Below, in pieces: positions 60,768-64,000 of a DNA stretch of 64,000 nt. The notes under the pieces are model-generated. The model was not told the origin of the DNA. It worked only from the letters and a program-made list of their open reading frames with translations, and made no database searches. Position numbers and translations under genes: made by a program. Origin of the DNA: Microthyrium microscopicum. Lineage: Eukaryota. Where the stretch lies: the NCBI GenBank assembly GCA_010405405.1, contig MU004237.1, forward strand, positions 1,189,345-1,253,344, given 5' to 3'. How positions within the stretch are numbered: the stretch's first letter is position 1; each line of letters starts with the position of its first letter.

Positions 60768-62345
60768 ATGGCGAGCTCGGAACCTCAAGGGGCGCATCCT
60801 GAGGCTGCCCAAGAACAACAAATTGATCCATGGTCAGTGGGAGCCGCAACAGACGCCGAAGGGAATGCCCTGAGCTTCGATTATGTCAAAATCTCGCAGT
60901 AAGTACTAGTAGTCTCATAGCTAGTTCTTTCTTTCAATGCTAACGCTAAGTAGAAAGTGGAACACTTCACTAGTTGACGACGCATTACTGGAACGCTTCC
61001 AAAAAGTCACTGGACATGCGCCACATCGCTGGATGAGAAGAGGACTATTTTTCAGTCATCGCGACTTTGACAAGATATTGGATCGATATGAGAAGGGTGA
61101 AAAGTTCTTTCTTTACACTGGTCGCGGACCAAGTAGTGGAAGCATGCATATTGGACATGTGAGTAACCTGATGTTGAGTATAAAACCTTTTCAAAACTAA
61201 TTATAACAATAGACGATTCCTTTTGAATTCACAAAATGGTTGCAACAAGTATTCAAAGCACCATGTGTCATCATGTTGACAGATGACGAAAAGGTTAGCA
61301 AAGCGCATTTATAAGGAAAGGACATAGAGCGCTAACCGCCATATAGTCGATGTTCAAAGATGGGCTTTCGCTGGAAGCGGCACATGATCTGGCTCTTGAC
61401 AATGCGAAGGATATTATCTCGGTTGGATTTGATCCTAAGAACACTTTCATATTTTCAGATATCGAATATGTTGGTGGTCATATATTGATGAATGCATGGG
61501 AATTCTCGAAAACTGTCACCTTCAATCAAGTCCGAGGAGCCTTTGGTTTCGACGGAAGGTGAGATACCTCACCTAACTCTAGACATAGTACTAACACTAC
61601 CCTAGCACGCATACCGGCAAGATTTTCTTCCCAGCCATTCAATGCGTTGCCGCGTTCGCAACTTCCTATCCAGAGCTCTGGAGCGACACTCCACCAAAAG
61701 ACCGATCTAAAGAGACCGCCAAAATGGCCTGTCTCATACCAATGGGTATTGATCAAGATCCTTATTTCCGTAAGTCAGCTCTCTACTGCTAGTGGCCGCT
61801 GTGACTACTACAGTATCTTTCTATATTGCCAAATACTAAAATTTCCAGGTCTTCTCCGTGACAACTCCCACCGCATGCCACGCCCATCACCAAAACCCGC
61901 TCTCATCCACTCCAAATTCCTCACCGCTCTCCAAGGCGTCGGCGGTAAAATGTCCAGCTCCGATCCCAACAGCGCCGTGTTTATGGACGATACACCCAAC
62001 CAAATTAAGAAGAAGATCAACAAGCACGCCTTCAGCGGCGGCCGTGAAACTCTCGAGGACCACCGAAAGTATGGCGGCAACCCTGATGTCGATGTTGCGT
62101 ACCAGTACATTACGTACTTTGAAGACGATGACGAAAAGATTGCGCAGATTGCTACCGATTATCGCGCTGGCAAGATTCTTACGGGTGAGATGAAGAAGAT
62201 GTGCATTGAAATGTTGCAGGAGTATGTGGCTGGATATCAGGCGAGACGGAAGGAGGTGACAGATGAGGTTTTGAGGGCGTATATGACGCCGAGGCGGTTG
62301 GAGCCGAGTGGGTCGACGACACTACCGGATAGAAGTGAATCATGA
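60768..62345 (+). CDS. WRS1: Cytoplasmic tryptophanyl-tRNA synthetase
   Basis: Multi-exon. [29 protein letters not shown] (HIGH), [26 protein letters not shown]. Confidence 0.96.
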
Positions 62346-64000
62346 GTGCTGGTTGACTGAGCTAAGCATGTGAGGGCAGGCGTGTACTCTGACATTTGAT
62401 AATCTGTCCGACTCTTTTGCCAGACGGCACTTCGAATTGGCGATTACTAAAAAGACGCAATGTTACCATGAATACGGCAATTGCCTTAAGTAATGACTTT
62501 TCGAATCATTAGAACTTAGTGGCGACATTCAACATGGCATCATCAAGCCCCAAGAACGAACAAAGACTCCATAACTCTGCACTGCACATTAGGCAAAGGA
62601 AACTGCCAACAAAGCCCAGCGACGAGTGCCCATCCCCTAACAAAGCCATAGTTGACAGCTCTACTCCTTTGTCGTCTTGGACCAACAATGCATTGTGGTG
62701 CTCTAAACCTTTCCATGAATCTTAATCTTACATATATGTCACCATGGCTACTAAACACGTTCTTAGCTGCTTCAATCCACAAACCCCAGAACCGAAACTC
62801 GTGTAAAATTCAATCATGCCAGAAGATACTGTAGAGAAGCTCAATCAGCTCTCGAAGATGAACACTCAATGGGCACCAGAAGACCCTCATGATCGTATAA
62901 TCCAGTGGCTAACTGGCCTTCCCAGCAGATCCGTGAAGCAAGACAACAAAGAAGATGGTCGGGAGGCTTCAGAAGCTCAGCAGAGCGGACATGTCCGTGT
63001 CGTATAGAAAACACCCCCAGAGAGTGGGAACGTATCATCATTTTTGAGGAGAGACGAGTAGAGATTAGAGGTACCAATAATGGTGAATACGGTACGACCA
63101 GATCTTATATAGGTGGTGGATGAGCTGGTTCTGGCTTAGATAGTTGGCTCTTGGACCATCTCTTCGCTGCTATTGGTGATATCATACAATACAGTCAGGT
63201 TGTCTGGCTTCCATCGAATGATCCGGTACCCATTATGTAAGTCTATTTCCTATGTTTATCCCATAAATGTTATGCCAAGGTGTTTGTGCCCCATTCCATA
63301 ATCTTGTATTATGAGGTTTTCAACTTATTCCCGTGAACTTATGTGTTACAACTGAGTTTTAGCTATGTGTTAGGAAACCACATTTACTAAACCTACCCTT
63401 TAGCGGACAGATCAGGCAAATGGACACTCGGACGCCTCTAGCGATCAATTGCTTGGATGATACACTTACCGTTGGTCCGGCTTTCATGTTCTAGAAATGA
63501 TACATAATATGGCCAGTGAACTCCGAATAGAACTTGGTTTTCACAGAGCAATCAGTGTTCAAACAGCAAGGCAGGCTCGGAGAGAGCACATCATGCAGCC
63601 CAAAAGATTTGGCGGGAAGGAAAGAAGATAATAGCGGCCACTGAACACCAATGTTTTCTTTCATGTATGATACTGAAGATGAAGTTAGGCAGATAGGCGC
63701 GCGCTTAGACTAGCTCAGACGGCAAGGGTGACCAATAGGAAGGTGAAGTGCCTGCCCCATCTTGATACCACTCCAACTCCTACATACTCCAGGTGCATCT
63801 TCAATCCACGACTCCTACCTCGACATCTTGATAATTCCATACCTCCACCACTGACAACCTATTTCCAAGGCCTCACAGCCTCAACTTTTTCTTCTGCCTG
63901 TCTACTCTCCATTTACTTCACTGTCCTTAGGCTCCGATCCTCATACAGATATATAGCCCGTCTCCGCCCTCGATCTTCTTCCCCGAGTCTATGCCTCTAC

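Noticed and set aside
1..64000. CRISPR arrays, rRNA, tRNA or autonomous transposons
   Set aside because: Eukaryotic sequence; no repeat-spacer array, recognisable structural RNA or transposase/RT ORF was seen.

Overview
Gene-dense, intron-containing eukaryotic DNA from a filamentous ascomycete (short GT-AG introns with CTRAY branch points; exact taxon cannot be determined from the sequence). About 23 protein-coding genes can be reconstructed: Cdc11/Nud1-type LRR scaffold, an unknown low-complexity protein, MRE11, RSM19, TAF10, ARP3, a Tbf1-like TRF/Myb factor, taspase-1, an RBR E3 ligase, an ODC mitochondrial carrier, DNA2, a P450, GIR2, an HD hydrolase, an ADA2-type deaminase, a tandem pair of orphan paralogs (one frameshifted), a class-1 DHOD-like flavoprotein, VPS11, an orphan with MCB boxes, TMA46, MRPL23 and WRS1. 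There is also a 529-bp MITE-like element. The most striking signal is a single in-frame UAG at the apex of an RNA hairpin in the 7116-10047 gene, followed by 272 more coding-like codons. This is a candidate for A-to-I stop-codon editing or readthrough. The taspase stop has the same UAG-AAU context and is followed by an NLS-like extension. Other notable items are a P450 intron that looks like two abutting introns (AG|GT, zero-length exon), MCB boxes that link an orphan to DNA-repair/cell-cycle genes, a GATA cluster at the DHOD-like gene, and recurrent C-rich-to-G-rich skew flips. All exon boundaries were inferred by eye and lack transcript support.
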